A DNA stretch of 38,451 nt from Nemertoderma westbladi (Eukaryota; Animalia; Xenacoelomorpha): the NCBI GenBank assembly GCA_032718475.1, contig JAUCBJ010000710.1, forward strand, positions 1 to 38,451, in the 5' to 3' direction. The notes beneath the pieces were generated by a model. That model was given only the letters and a program-made list of their open reading frames with translations, was not told the origin of the DNA and ran no database searches. The translations under genes were made by a program, and so were the position numbers. Shown one piece after another: positions 1-12,500 of the stretch (the first letter of the stretch is position 1; the number at the start of each line of letters is the position of its first letter).

Positions 1-1446
1 CCGAACAACAAGAGTCCCAAATGAAAACAAATAAGTTGGTGCCAGTTCCAAGAAGGGCAACCTAACACTCTATGGTTCTTTTCGGGGAATCTCATTGATC
101 TCGATTGCTGCAAAGCTATACAATAGAATTCTATTAAATCGCATCAGGGATCTCATTGAGAGAATGCTCCGTGGAAATCAGAATGGGTTCCGTAAAGGTC
201 GTGGGACCATGGAGCCCATTTTGGCACTTAGAAGGATAATTGAAGAGTTATCAAAAAAGAAAGACAGGCATCTGGCTGTTATCTTTGTTGACTTCTTCAA
301 GGCCTTTGATTCAGTCTCTCGCTCACGTATGTTCAGCATATCTTTCATTATATGGGATTCCTGATGAAATTATTGCAGCAATCAGATCAGTATACGATGG
401 TTCGACAACATTTGTGTCTACTGTTGACGGTGACACAGAACCATTTGAAGTGTTATGGGGCGTCCTCCAAGGAGACACACTTGCACCATTCTTGTTCATT
501 ATTGTGGTTGACTATGTTCTACGCATGTCCTTAGATCATCATAATGATGATGGGGTGATAATAACTCCACCTACTGGCTCCAGAAGTCGAGGAAATCCTG
601 CCAAGTACCTAACTGATCTAGACTTTGCTGATGACTTAGGAGTACTCTCAGAATCACTAGAGGGAGCCCAACGGCTCCTCAGCTCATTAGAACATGCTGC
701 TTCTAGTGTTGGTCTTTTTATTAACTCCAGAAAGACCAAAATTCTGACAGTTAACTTTGAAAGTCCTCAGCAAGTCTCTGATCGGATGAGCATAAGCTCA
801 AAGGATGGTATGCTTGAGCATGTGGACGACTTCTGTTACCTGGGATCATGGATCCGGAAGTCAGGTGAGGACCTTCGAATACGTAAGGGAAAGGCATGGG
901 CAGCCTTGAATAGGCTTTCCAGGATTTGGAATTCACCGAGAATTAATCGGAAACTTAAGGTCCGATTATTTAGAGCAGCAGTAGTTCCAGTACTCCTCTA
1001 CGGGAGTCCATGCTGGGCTCTAACTGCTGAGGACACCAAATCGCTGGATGGCACATTCACAAGAATGCTACGCCGGGTTCATTGTGTCAAGTACATTGCA
1101 CACATCTCCAACCAGACACTATATAACATTGGAGGTGTCTCATTGGTTCCCCCAAGCTTGACACTAGAACAAAATCGCCTCCGCTTTGCAGGACATTGCT
1201 TTCGCCGTGAGGACCAGCCAGTGCATAATCTTGTACTTTGGCAGCCTCATGGAGTGAATAAGCATGGTGGACAGCCCATGGCTTTCTTGAGACGCATCTT
1301 AAAGGACACTGGCCTTGAAGATGCGGATGATCTAGCAAATGTCATGGGTGATAGGGAGTTGTGGCGGTGCAATTTTGTCGACAAGCCGGCACAGCATTCT
1401 TAAAAATGCAGCTGCAATGCAGCATGCCGATCCCAGTAGTAGTAGT
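1..1446 (+). mobile_element. RTE-clade non-LTR retrotransposon, 3' part (RT and C-terminus), frameshifted
   Basis: RT motifs QNGFRKGR, FVDFFKAFDSV, GVLQGDTLAPFLF and DLDFADD, plus RTE-type C-terminus (RLRFAGHC..R, LVLWQP, DRELWR). A +1 base near 341 splits ORFs 95-364 and 240-1403. A short 3' UTR ends in an (AGT)n tail at about 1435-1446. The element runs off the window start. Confidence 0.9.
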
Positions 1447-1558
1447 TTGTTAGTCTATATTATAATTTGAGTATTTTCGATTTAGCTTTGTTTGAGATAT
1501 TAATAACGTTTATTTTATTATTATATAATATCTTTTATATTATTAGTTATTATCTTTG

Positions 1559-1793
1559 TTGTCCAGTACGAATTGTCCGGGTATGAATTGTCCGGGTAAG
1601 AAATGTCCGGGTACGAATTGTCCGGTACGAATTGTCCGGGTATGAATCGCCCGGGTACGAAATATCCGGGTACAAATTGTCCGGTACGAATTGTCCGGGT
1701 ATGAATTGTCCGGGTACGAAATGTCCGGGTACGAATTGTCCGTTACGAATTGTCCGGGTACGAATTGTCCGGGTACAAATTGTCCGGAGACCG
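1559..1793. repeat. 15-bp minisatellite (GGGTACGAATTGTCC)n, about 15 copies, ending ...GGAGACCG
   Basis: Tandem units read directly, some 14 bp. Probably the subterminal array of a non-autonomous DNA element. Confidence 0.9.
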
Positions 1794-2375
1794 TTACATA
1801 CACCAAATAATTATCAATAACTATCAAACATCTGTCCGCCCCAATATTAGCACTTCAATTAAGGCCCTTATATGTACACTCAACGTCACTTATGTGTGTC
1901 TACCTACATTTTCAAACTACGTGTAAGCTATCAATTAAAATATTTTTGTTCTAGAACAAATTTTTTTTGTTCTAGAACACATTTTTTATTCTTTATACTA
2001 GCATGTTTTTCTACCTTTTTTTATAAATGTTATAGAACACGCGTTAGTTATAAATTTTGATAAATATATTTGTATGCCTTTTTTTTCTAGAACATTTTTT
2101 GGAAAAACATTTAACATATATCATTAATAAATGTACAATGCATACCGTTTTACATAAAATACACGTCATGTTTAAAAAAAAATTGAAAATGTAGATTGTA
2201 GGTACCCATGTAGTATAAATGTCCACTCAACCACAGTTACTCGTCCTTAGCCAATAGATAAAAGTGTTTTTATTTATTTTTTTATTTTATTATAATTTTT
2301 TTTTTTCTGTGGTGTACAATATCTACAATACATTATTAAATGACGAAATATTTCGCTGAGAGTTAGGCTTACCTT

Positions 2376-2959
2376 CAGTGGCTGATTGCGGCCAATTATT
2401 TCCATTTTTATACGTTTATCACTCGGATGAAAAACATTTTTAACCCGGGTGAAAAACATTAATCACACGGGTAAAAAAACGTAGACTTTAGTTTATTGTT
2501 TTGGTTCGAAAAACGTACCACTGCAGCCTGCTCCTTTTCCTTAATTGATAAAGTAACATGTCAATATCGGAGATGGGTATTTTGTCCAGATCCCCCCTAT
2601 TTATGTGGGGGGGGGGGGGGGGGGGGGGGGGGGTTACCAGGTCCATATCATTAAAGTCATCACATATTATTTGTGAACAAGCAACAACTGTTCATATGGC
2701 GGAGACTACAGAAATCAATCAATCAAACATTATTTAATGTTACAGTAGGCCTATTCTATAATAGATTTAAAACTTAAATTTGAATCAAATTGAATTTTCG
2801 ATATTATTGATAAGAAAACGAACTACATGTGTTCAGAGTTCTGATACATGTTTTTCACCCAGGTAATAAAGGTTTTTCATCCGGGTGATTAATTTTTTTC
2901 ACCCGGGTAAATAGATAATAATAATATTAATAAATAATTTGCCACAATCAGCCACCCTA
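2376..2959. mobile_element. Degenerate MITE, possibly hAT-like
   Basis: Left CAGTGGCTGATTGCGGCCAATTATTT versus reverse complement of right end TAGGGTGGCTGATTGTGGCAAATTATTT. CCCGGGTGAAAAA-type subterminal motifs are repeated in inverted orientation at both ends. No clean TSD. Confidence 0.6.
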
Positions 2960-3457
2960 GTTACAGTACTACACACTGCATTTAACATTCTCACCACCAC
3001 CGTTCAAAATTTCAATTAATTGTTAGAGAATTATTGTAGGATTCCATTCCATTCATTATTGAGATGTTTATTTATAGCTGCAGTGGCTATGGTAGTGATA
3101 TCATGAGTAATGCAGCGGTAATAATTTGCGAAATGGCCTTTTCAACCGAATTATAACGATTCTGCCATGTGACTGACTGCCCAGTTTTTACTCTTCCATA
3201 AATATCCAGTTTTTCATATCCGTAGCAAGTCATGGAGAATATGTAAACTATGTTAACAACATTTGTTTTTTATTGACTTGTGTATCTTATATTAATCCAT
3301 GAGGTTTCTATGTATTTTCCAATACATTATACCCTCCTAGTAAAAATATAATAATTAAAAACGCAAGATATCCATTGTCGCAAGTAGTAAAAAGGCATCA
3401 TATTTTGCGAAAAACGGACGATGTTACCTGTGATAACATTGGATGGCTAATTCAACA

Positions 3458-5039
3458 GGTGAGGTTTGATCAAGAAATCGACCTATCGTTGCAAAATATT
3501 ATTTTACAGAATTATAGGTTGAAGCCAAAATAGTTCATTTGGTTTTAAAAAATCGAATTTTATTTTTTTACTTTTTCTAGAACGGAATTTTTTGGTAATT
3601 CTGAAACTGTAAACGAAATTTTCATATCTATTTTAGTTTTGGAGGTATTTGATTTTTTGTAGACCTCACACATTTTGAAATTATTATAAATAAGTGGCCA
3701 ATTTTTTGTAAGATAGCTATTATTTTTTCAAAATACTATAATTGTAGTTGTCCTACAGGATAATTTTTGCTATGAGTTTTCCTGTTCAGTGATTTCACTT
3801 CAATTGTTACTTTCCACGGCAGACGGATTATAGAATGTCGATCAGTCTGTTTGTCTGTGTGTCGGTTTGTTTGTCCAAAATTAGGGAAACATGATATCTA
3901 ACAAAATGTTTTGCTTTTGGGTGAAATGAAATCACCGACCAAGAAAACCACGGAATTGTTTGTTAATTTGAGATATTTCTCAATTTTGACAGACAAACAG
4001 ACAGACAGACCGACAGACAGACAGACGTACAAATATTAAATAATCAATAAACGTAAAAATAGATATCAGAAATGAAATCACTGACCAAGAAAACCCCATA
4101 AATAAATTTGTTTGTTAATTTGATTTATTTATCAATTTTGACAGACAAACAGACAGACCGACCGACAGACAGACAGACGTACAAACATTCAATAATCAAT
4201 CAAACGTAAGAATATATATCGGAAATGAAATCACCGACCAAGAAAACCCCTTAAATAAATTTGTTTGTTAATTTGATTTAGTTCTCAATTTTGACAGACA
4301 GACAGACAGACAGAACGTCTAGATTTCTTCAAACTGAAAAAGTGAAATTTTAACTGTAATTACCACCCAGTGACATTTTAAATGTTATCACCACCCAGAA
4401 AAACCCTATAACACAAATTTTGAATAGTTTATGCGCTTCTTAAATTTAAACAGACAGACAGACATACTAAAAACAGACAGACTGACTGACATGCAGACAA
4501 TCATCTAGAATCGGTAAATATTGAAAATCGACATCGTATTTGAAATCATCGGCAAATAAAAACCCAATAGCAAAAAAATTTAGGTGGTAGTGCTTTATTT
4601 ATTTATTTGTTACATTTTTGACAGACAAACAGACAATTATTCAGACAAACAGACAGAGTGACCTCCAATAGAAATTAAAATTAAAATATTGTCGCCAAAG
4701 GTCCATACACTGATGTGTATCAGAATTCTGACGTATATACCTAATTTTTTACAAGTCTGCATTGAAATATCGTAAAAGTTTACATTTGAAAATCCCTCCA
4801 ATTACAGAAAATTGGCGGGAACGTTTGAAACTCTCATTTGAAAGCCGTTTTTCTCAAAACTTTGTTAATATGTGGTCATACGACTACTAATTTTCAAAAC
4901 TCAATATCTCGACGACACTTTATCGGATTTGAAATATGTTTGCAGTGTTCGATTCAGAATAAAAATGTGTATTTGAATCATTAAAAAAACACAAAATTAT
5001 TTTTGTAGCCGTAGGTCGGTTTCTTGATCAAACCTCACC
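3458..5039. mobile_element. Non-autonomous TIR element with internal ~150-bp tandem repeats
   Basis: About 45-bp imperfect TIR: GGTGAGGTTTGATCAAGAAA(T/C)CGACCTA... at 3458 and its reverse complement ending at 5039. No coding capacity. Superfamily not assigned. Confidence 0.75.
3923..4655 (+). repeat. ~150-bp tandem repeat containing (CAGA)n; 3 well-conserved and about 2 degenerate units
   Basis: GAAATGAAATCAC(C/T)GACCAAGAAAACC starts at 3923, 4069 and 4222. Degenerate copies lie near 4380 and 4540. Confidence 0.85.
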
Positions 5040-5087
5040 ATTTTTATAGAAATAAGACAGCTGCTGTCTTATTTCTATAAAAATGGT
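5037..5087. repeat. Perfect palindrome, 25-bp arms with a 1-nt centre
   Basis: ACCATTTTTATAGAAATAAGACAGC-T-GCTGTCTTATTTCTATAAAAATGGT. Confidence 0.95.
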
Positions 5088-5689
5088 TTTTATTTAAAAA
5101 TATATATTATATTCAAACTAATAAAGAGATCAATTTCCCGCTGTTTTTAAAAGGTGATATTTATTTCCAACTTTTCGAGTTGGCATTACTCATAATCATG
5201 CTAATAATGTAGCTAAACAATAGTAAATGTTATTTTCTAAGAAACTACACATATTAAAATTATATTATATTTATAGTGTTTTACAGTACGAGTCACTAAG
5301 ATGGATCAAAGATTGTAGACCATGTGAATTAACAACTGTTTATTTTTCATCCCGTATGGTTCTCTTAGTTTGTCTTTAAGTCTTTTGTACTCGCTGTTAC
5401 TGTTTCAATGGGTGTGATCCTAATATCTGCAAACGAATGGTCTTCTAATTCTGTGAAATGTGTATCAATTCGGTGTCTTTCTGTTAGTGAGCTGAGATTT
5501 ATAGTTTCCTATCCTGGCTTTGAATTTCATGGCTGAGCCCACCCTTGTTTGTTGCTATATGCAACAAACAAACATAGGCATGACAAGACAAGATTGTTAC
5601 TGTCCCATATCATGTTATATCTAATAGTATACTGTTTATTTTTATCCCTAGTATATTGGAGTGAAATTTCTTCATATGTAGCATCGCCT

Positions 5690-6330
5690 TACATGGTACC
5701 CATGCAGATCTTTTACTCTTTTCAGAGGCTTCGATCTCTCGGAGACGAGTATATTCTTTTCGCAGCCCTGGGTGGATTCGCTTTTAACGTAAACTTTCTT
5801 AATTTCTTCCACCGATCCGCTCGCTTTGAGGTTAGGTGTTTTTGAGAGAATTTCACTTCGCTTTGGTGCATTCTTACCCAGGGTAAGCAATATTGGGCGT
5901 GTACAGTAGTGCCTTTAGACCCCAGACAGGATGTCTGATATTCCGGGATCGAAACCCCCATAACTCCAAAGATCTTCTCATGCTTATCCTTGTCAGTAGT
6001 GGCACCATCGAAACTGGAATCCTCCTGACCCCGATGATGACGAGATTTTGTGCGCGAAGTTGGCGATCAATTTCTTCACTGAAGTTGATTTGGTTGCCAA
6101 GAGCTTCACGCAGAAATATAATCTTTTCCAGTTGAGTCTGGATGAAGCTGCATTGGAATCGGTTCTTGATGTAAACTTATTATCCATGTCATCCAGACGC
6201 TTGGAAACTTCGGTTAAGTGGGTCGATTTTCACGAATTTCGCTGCGACGCCCAAGGGGAGCGCCCATCGCTAGCACCAGCAGGTGGAAAAGCAAGCGTCG
6301 AATGAATTCCGGCACTTGCTGGGATACCGG
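5690..6330 (-). pseudogene. Decayed ORF1 of a CR1/L2-group LINE
   Basis: Across frameshifts the minus strand reads ...PILLTLGKNAPKRSEILSKTPNLK...KVYVK / HPGLRKEYTRLRE. This resembles the RPILL-x-F...IY-x-x-DL-x-x-ER C-terminus of CR1/L2 ORF1 (compare RPVLLSF...IYFNRDLSEFER in ORF1 at 32881). Boundaries approximate. Confidence 0.5.
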
Positions 6331-6904
6331 TATTGTTCCTGGCAGGCGAAGCCAGGGGATTAAACAATTGGGAAGGAGTAGCATCATCAAATTCATTGCA
6401 TAGCCATCCAGAACACAGACGTTGTTGAAAAGTTGACAAACGCTCATTGTACGATATTTAGCAGCATTAATACTGGAAAAAATATAAAAATAAATATACA
6501 GGCGGTAGGGCAGTATTGCAGTACAGCAGTAGGTAAGTATGTCAGACAATAGGCTACTATTGCCATCAACTCAAACTGAATCAAATAACAATAAAATTGT
6601 CTTGCCATCCCAGACAATTCGTGGACATAAATTTACCTTCCAGTTTTTCCACTCAATAGCACAGCTAAAATCTATTATATAATATTTACAAACAAAATGA
6701 TTTTATTTATGTAGTGCACCCGCATTAATTGATTATAAAATTTATTATTTTTCTGTATCGACATTATAAATCGCTACAGTTTGGACAGTTTACAATTCAA
6801 TATTAGACCTGGAAGACTTGTACTTGTTAAGCTTTATCTATATATATATCTCTACATATATATATCTTATCTATACTGCTTTTGTATGTTGACGATTCAC
6901 GGCA

Positions 6905-7111
6905 ATGGCGATTTACGATAGAATGAAGAAACGATCAAACCCATATTTAGAGACCAATCCTCTGATGCGTTGTCTGATGTTATATATAATCCCTTTCCTT
7001 CGCATCCCAACTACACGGGATATTGTGGCCGAGGATTTCTATAGTCCTCTTCCAGAGAATATGAGAGCGGAATACATTTACAATAAATTATTGAGATGTC
7101 TGAAGAACAAG
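6905..7111 (+). CDS. ABCC4/MRP4-like ABC transporter, exon 1 (N-terminal lasso/L0 motif, 69 aa)
   Basis: MAIYDRMKKRSNPYLETNPLMRCLMLYIIPFLRIPTTRDIVAEDFYSPLPENMRAEYIYNKL matches the short-ABCC N-terminal pattern NP..AN..SR.F.W..P.F..G..R.L..DD.Y..LPED. It ends at a phase-0 donor AAG|GTAGGT (7111/7112). Confidence 0.85.
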
Positions 7112-7639
7112 GTAGGTGTAGCAATGAAATAATATATAAAGAATTGAATAAAGTATTATTAAATAGTTAGTTATATTTAAGGAAAAGTCTAAAAGATAGC
7201 CTGGATGTACACGTACAGTGTACATCACTGTACATCTCTTACAAAATGAATGATGAATGAATGAATAGTAGCATTTTACAATGTAATGATCTGAAAAGTT
7301 TGTTCAATGTAAAGTAGTTTGCACCAAGGATGTTTTAATTTACCTTTAAATATATTATTGTAATGACGCCTTGACACTTTATTCTTTAAAATTATTTACT
7401 GCACCGATCATTTTCCCTACAGTACGTTACTTGGTATGTTTTAATACAAAATAGTTCAAACATTTCGAAACGAATCTTTATGAAACACTACAAATGAATA
7501 TTTATTCATAATGAAAGGGGAAATGTATTTGGTGTATTTATCTTATTTTACAATAGGAAATGAGAGCCTCAACGTATAAAAAGATAAAAATAAAAATAGC
7601 AAAATAGTAAAATAATTTCAAAATAATACAACAAAGTTA

Positions 7640-8170
7640 TTTCCCGGTACAAACAACCTTCTTCAAATATTAACTAAACTCTTTCAGACCATTATCAACT
7701 TACAGTTACCATCCTACTTATCTAAATACAAAATTATCTCCCAATCACAATTCGGTTTTAGGTCTAAACGTACAACCTCTCATGCTCTTTTATCGGTTCT
7801 AGAATACATCCATAAGAAGACAAACAATCAGCATGTGCAGTTTACATAGATTTATATAAAGCCTTTGTCACGCTAGACTATACAATTTTACTAGGTAAAG
7901 TGTTAGAGGTCTTTGAAAAAAAAGTCTTTGTTTAAAGGTTAAAGGTTAAAAGTCTTTGAATTTATTTACAAGTTTTCTATCTTCTAGACAACAATTTGTA
8001 AAATTTGACAATTTCTATACGTCTCTAGCACCACCCACAAGGGGGTGGGCTATCTCCTACCTTGTTTTTACTTTATAACCTGCCTGAAATCTCTAAACTA
8101 TCTCCCACGCTTTTTGCAGATGACACCACGCTCCTACATCCCATAAAAATCCAAATAATCTACATATCTA
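7640..8170 (+). pseudogene. Decayed CR1/L2-type reverse transcriptase fragment in the intron
   Basis: LSKYKIISQSQFGFRSKRTTSHALL, YIDLYKAFVTLDYTILLGK and LFADDTTL, with frameshifts. Confidence 0.8.
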
Positions 8171-8171
8171 T

Positions 8172-8613
8172 AATAATCACTGCGGTAAGAGAAAGCTTAT
8201 CTGCCAAGGCAGTCAGCTCACCTAGTCTCATTGGGGACCCGAGTGTTAGGGTGTTAACTGAGGCTAGTCTAGTGTCTTACCTCAAGTTCACCAATGGCTT
8301 GGTTGATCGGGGAGGAACATGAGAGAAGCCTCCAACTCCAGAATCTGGCCTTCCTGGTGACCCAGGATTTGGGCCAGAAAAGTCATCAGGAAAGGGACTC
8401 AGATAATTGTTGGCTGCTCTCTCCCCAGTAGGGGGTGGGACAGGCAGCCGGTCAGGAGATAACTGACGCCTGTGAGGCCTATGTGTCCGGTAATTGAACT
8501 TGTCTTGATTTTATCGACCCCAGTTGATGAAAGGCTGAAAGGCCTTGACAGGGCTCAAACCTACAACCAATAGATTTCAAACCTCATGCTCAATCAACTA
8601 GGCTACCTCGTCC
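8172..8613 (-). mobile_element. 5' end of an RTE-like LINE (or SINE/LINE chimera) with a tRNA-like head
   Basis: Minus strand has an A-box-like TAGCCTAGTTG, a B-box-like GGTTTGAGCCC and TCAGCCTTTCATCAACTGGGGTCGATAAAAT. It then reads ...LR*DTRLASVNTLTLGSPMRLGELTALADKLSLTAVII, resembling the first motif of an RTE AP-endonuclease. Confidence 0.6.
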
Positions 8614-9512
8614 ATTTCCAAAGTAGAAAAAGAATGACCCGACATAATCGAACTGTGGAGGAAACAATGTACAAAGTAAGCAATGCAGCCAGGTAGAGTG
8701 TCCAGGAAATTCCACAGAACAGTTAAAGTAGCCCTTCAGCTGAACACTGTATTCGCACCCAATGAAATTCGCTACCAAAAGAGCGACATGTGTTGGGTAC
8801 AGGTTGATGAGTGTTAAAGACAATGTCAAGTCTTCATCAGCATCTGTGAATACAGTATTTGTCAAATAAATTGTATCGAAATCAGTGAGCTGATTGATAC
8901 CATCAACAATGACGAACAAAAAAGTGGGAAATATGAGGAGACATGACAACACATTGTGATACATGTCGTACAGTTTAGTTTAGTTAGTAATTAAATTGTT
9001 TATTAATTATTGCATTAAATTTAATTTTTCAATTCCCTCTAGTAACAATCACAAATCTCACATTTTATCTATTTCATACACATATAGTCTGTGTATGAAT
9101 TATTTTTCAATATTTACCAGAAGCATTGTGCACCAAACTAACCTACAGCTACACCTGTAATATAACTACAATATCTTAATGGCTGAAATTTATACTTGAT
9201 CTCAAGCATTACTACAAAAAATATCAAGATTCCTTATATTCAGCAACAACTGAAATTTTGTACCTGAAAGTTACGATACCGTACCTACCCCATTCCAGCT
9301 ACTGCCACTATAATCATGGATAACATAATGAGGTTTACAGTAGCGATTGCAGCTGTACAGACTAACTTATTGAAAAGGTATTATCCTTACCCCATTGAAC
9401 AAAATTTAATTATGCCTCTGTCTTTGTATTTAAAATATTGTGTTGGAATTGGTGATGTCTCACACACCTTCTCAATAATACATTTTGGTCATTTTATTTT
9501 ATTCTTTTACAG

Positions 9513-12500
9513 GCTGACAAAGACGGTTCATCAGAAAGGTTGGATAAACTAAATATAGTCGCAACATTAACTCGAGTGTATTATAAGGAATTCCTTTTAT
9601 GTGCCTTCTTACATGTATTCCATTACACAATACTTTTGGTTCGTGTGATATTTCTGGAACGATTGATCCTGTACTACTTGAAAGTAGATACGAACACTTC
9701 ACGAGATAGGGAATTGCTTGATTGCGGAATAATTGCCATAGCATCAGTTATGTCAGCAATTGCCATGACAAATTACTCATTTTACTTTACATTGCTGTGT
9801 ACAAAGATGAGAGTTGGATGTAGCGCTCTTATATATAGAAAACTCTTAACATTAAACACAATGGAAATTCAAGAAACCACAATTGGCCTTTATACAAATT
9901 TATTATCTTCGGATGTCGGAAGATTTGATGACTTCGCATATGTTGGCACATATATAATTGCAACACCAGTTGTAATTATACTCAGTTTTCCTCTGATGTA
10001 TTATTACGTGGAATTATCTGGAATTTTTGGGATTTTTATTGTAATCTTGATTATTCCTTTGAGTATGACTCTTGCGAAGATATTCTCCATTCAGCGAAGT
10101 AGAGCTCAATTGTTAACAGACAGACGCATCACACTGCTCAGTGAAATCTTGGGTGGCATAAAAGCTGTGAAAGCCTATGCGTGGGAAGAACTGTTTGTGA
10201 AAGTATTAGAAAATGCCCGGAACAAAGAATTCTCCCGAATATGTAAGATAATCTATAGTTATTCATTCTATAAGTTGTTCAACTTTGTATATATCACTAT
10301 AGTTTTATTTTGCATTTATGTTCTCCACACATCACTTGGCTATCAATTTGATATGATTATGCTTATCAGTTCTACAATTATTCTAGGCATCTTAACTAGT
10401 TCTGTAATTGCTTTTGCTGTTGCACTTCGCGAAATTGGTGAACTGCATGCAGTTACTCAAAGAATTGACAAATTGGTAAGTTTCACTTGTAACCTTAACA
10501 GAGTCGCTGAATGTAACAATGAATCGCAACAATCAAAAAAAGCCCACCTATCTGAAATATATTTGAATGCAACAAATATCTCTACAAGATGGTCAACAAC
10601 CAATGGCAATGTGATACGTGATGTCTCGTTCAAAGCGAATTTTGGTGAGATTGTATATGTAATAGGGTCTTTTGGGTCTGGAAAAACAACTTTACTGCAA
10701 GCTTTGCTAGGTGAAGTACCTTTAGAAACAGGTTATATTAACATGAGTGGGAAACTTGCTTATGTATCACAAACCCCATTCATATTTTCAGGAACAGTAA
10801 GAGAAAACATATTATTGGGACATTATTTTGAAGCAGGGTGGTATGAAGAAGTTATTGATATGTGTTGTTTGACACTGGACTTTTTGCTCTTTACAGAAGG
10901 TGATAATACATTGGTTGGTGAGAAAGGTATGTCATTGTCTGGAGGTCAAAAGGCACGTATTGCTCTAGCAAGAGCCGTTTATTCCAGGGCCAATATATAT
11001 CTCATGGATGATCCCATTGCGGCAGTTGATACCACCATTGCAAAGAAATTGTGTGATGGCTGCATAAGGCATTGCCAATCCAAGGGCATTGTCATTATGA
11101 CAACTCATCTTTTGAAAATGATCCCTCAAAATTCAAAAATTGTGTCTTTCTATGACAATGATGTTTTTTCGACATTAAACCTCAATCAAAAAGATAATTT
11201 GTCTGCATCGAAAAGTGCTGAAAATCATAGTGAGATGGATATGATATTATCCCCTGATGCAAGTTTAAAAATTAATAATAGGGTTGATGCAATGATAGAA
11301 AATGTTTCTGCTGATAATGGTTCATGGAAGGCTTTTCAAATATATATTAAGGCTGGAATAACTATTCCTCGAGGTTTTGCTTTCGTATCAACGATAATCT
11401 TGACATACATTCTTGTCTCATTAACAGACTATTGGTTGGCTACTTTAGCATTGAAATCATCACTTAAAGGTTCACCATCATATCAAAATCAAAACAATAA
11501 TGTATCTGATCAAAATATTATTATTCAATTTATTAGTGGCAGTAAATGGAGTAATATTGTACTTGTGTATATTGCACTTGTTCTAACCTATTTGATATGC
11601 TATACACTTAACTTGTTTGCCAACTATACAATTCTATTGGCTTCATCTCAGAATTTACACTGCCGAATTTTGAAGCGTGTGTTGAGTGCACCAATGAAAT
11701 TTTTTGAAGAAAATCCTGTAGGTGGAATATTGAACAGATTTTCTAAAGATTTAGGAATAATGGATAACCTTCTCCCTGATTTATCTGCTGATGTTATAAA
11801 TTCCCTTTGTCGAGCATTACTTGTGCTGATATTTTCTGGAATGGCAAATCCTTGGACTTTACTAGTTGGCTTACCAATTCTAGCAATTGTTATCTGGCTT
11901 CGTATTTATACAGTAAGAAGCTTGAAACAAGTTAAATTCTTGGAAGGAATGTTAAGAAATCCAGTTTATCAGCATACATCAGATACCATCGAGGGGAGGG
12001 TGGTTATTAGAGCTTTTAATGTTCAGGATGTTTATACCAAACGTTTCTTTGAGCATTTAGATAATCATACAGAAGCATGGTTCATGATTAATGCCTTGTA
12101 TAGCTTTCTGACTTTGTGTGTAACCATTATTTATACAATATTTACTATATTCGTATTAGTGGTATCATTGTATATGGACGAATTTGTATCAAGACAAGTG
12201 TTATGTGTATCAATTATGTACATTTTTTCATTGACAAATTATCTACGATTCTTATTGAAAGCTGCAGCTATAGTTGAAATAAATTTTACATCAGTTGAAA
12301 GATTTCTGCAATACTCTGAATTGGAGCAGGAAGATGCCCGTCATCATGCTGAAATGGAACTGCCAATGTATTGGCCGAATTCTGGTGTTGTTTCTTTTAA
12401 AAATGTAAAGCTTTCTTATGGAGGAAACGAGGTTTTGCATGGAATCAACTTTGTAACCAAACCTTTTGAGAAGATTGGAATAGTTGGCCGAACTGGGGCT

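Larger units (their letters stand above)
7112..9512 (+). other. Predicted 2401-bp GT-AG intron of the ABCC gene
   Basis: Donor GTAGGT and acceptor TTTTATTTTATTCTTTTACAG. The phase-0 join keeps the frame (…KNK|ADKDGSSERLDKL…). Confidence 0.8.

Noticed and set aside
1543-1827. ORFs with PGQFV/YPDNS repeats; possible CRISPR array
   Set aside because: These are translations of a 15-bp minisatellite. There are no unique spacers or cas genes, and the context is eukaryotic.
8590-8964. 124-aa minus-strand ORF with a hydrophobic N-terminus
   Set aside because: No recognisable motif, it is intronic, and its end runs into the tRNA-like head. Cannot be supported.
9540-9542. TTG start for the 1203-aa ORF
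   Set aside because: This is an artefact of alternative start codons in the ORF track. The frame begins at the splice acceptor at 9512/9513.
9316-9552. 78-aa ORF as the first ABCC exon
   Set aside because: No ABCC similarity, and the donor at 9378 gives the wrong phase or an in-frame stop. The exon at 6905-7111 fits much better.
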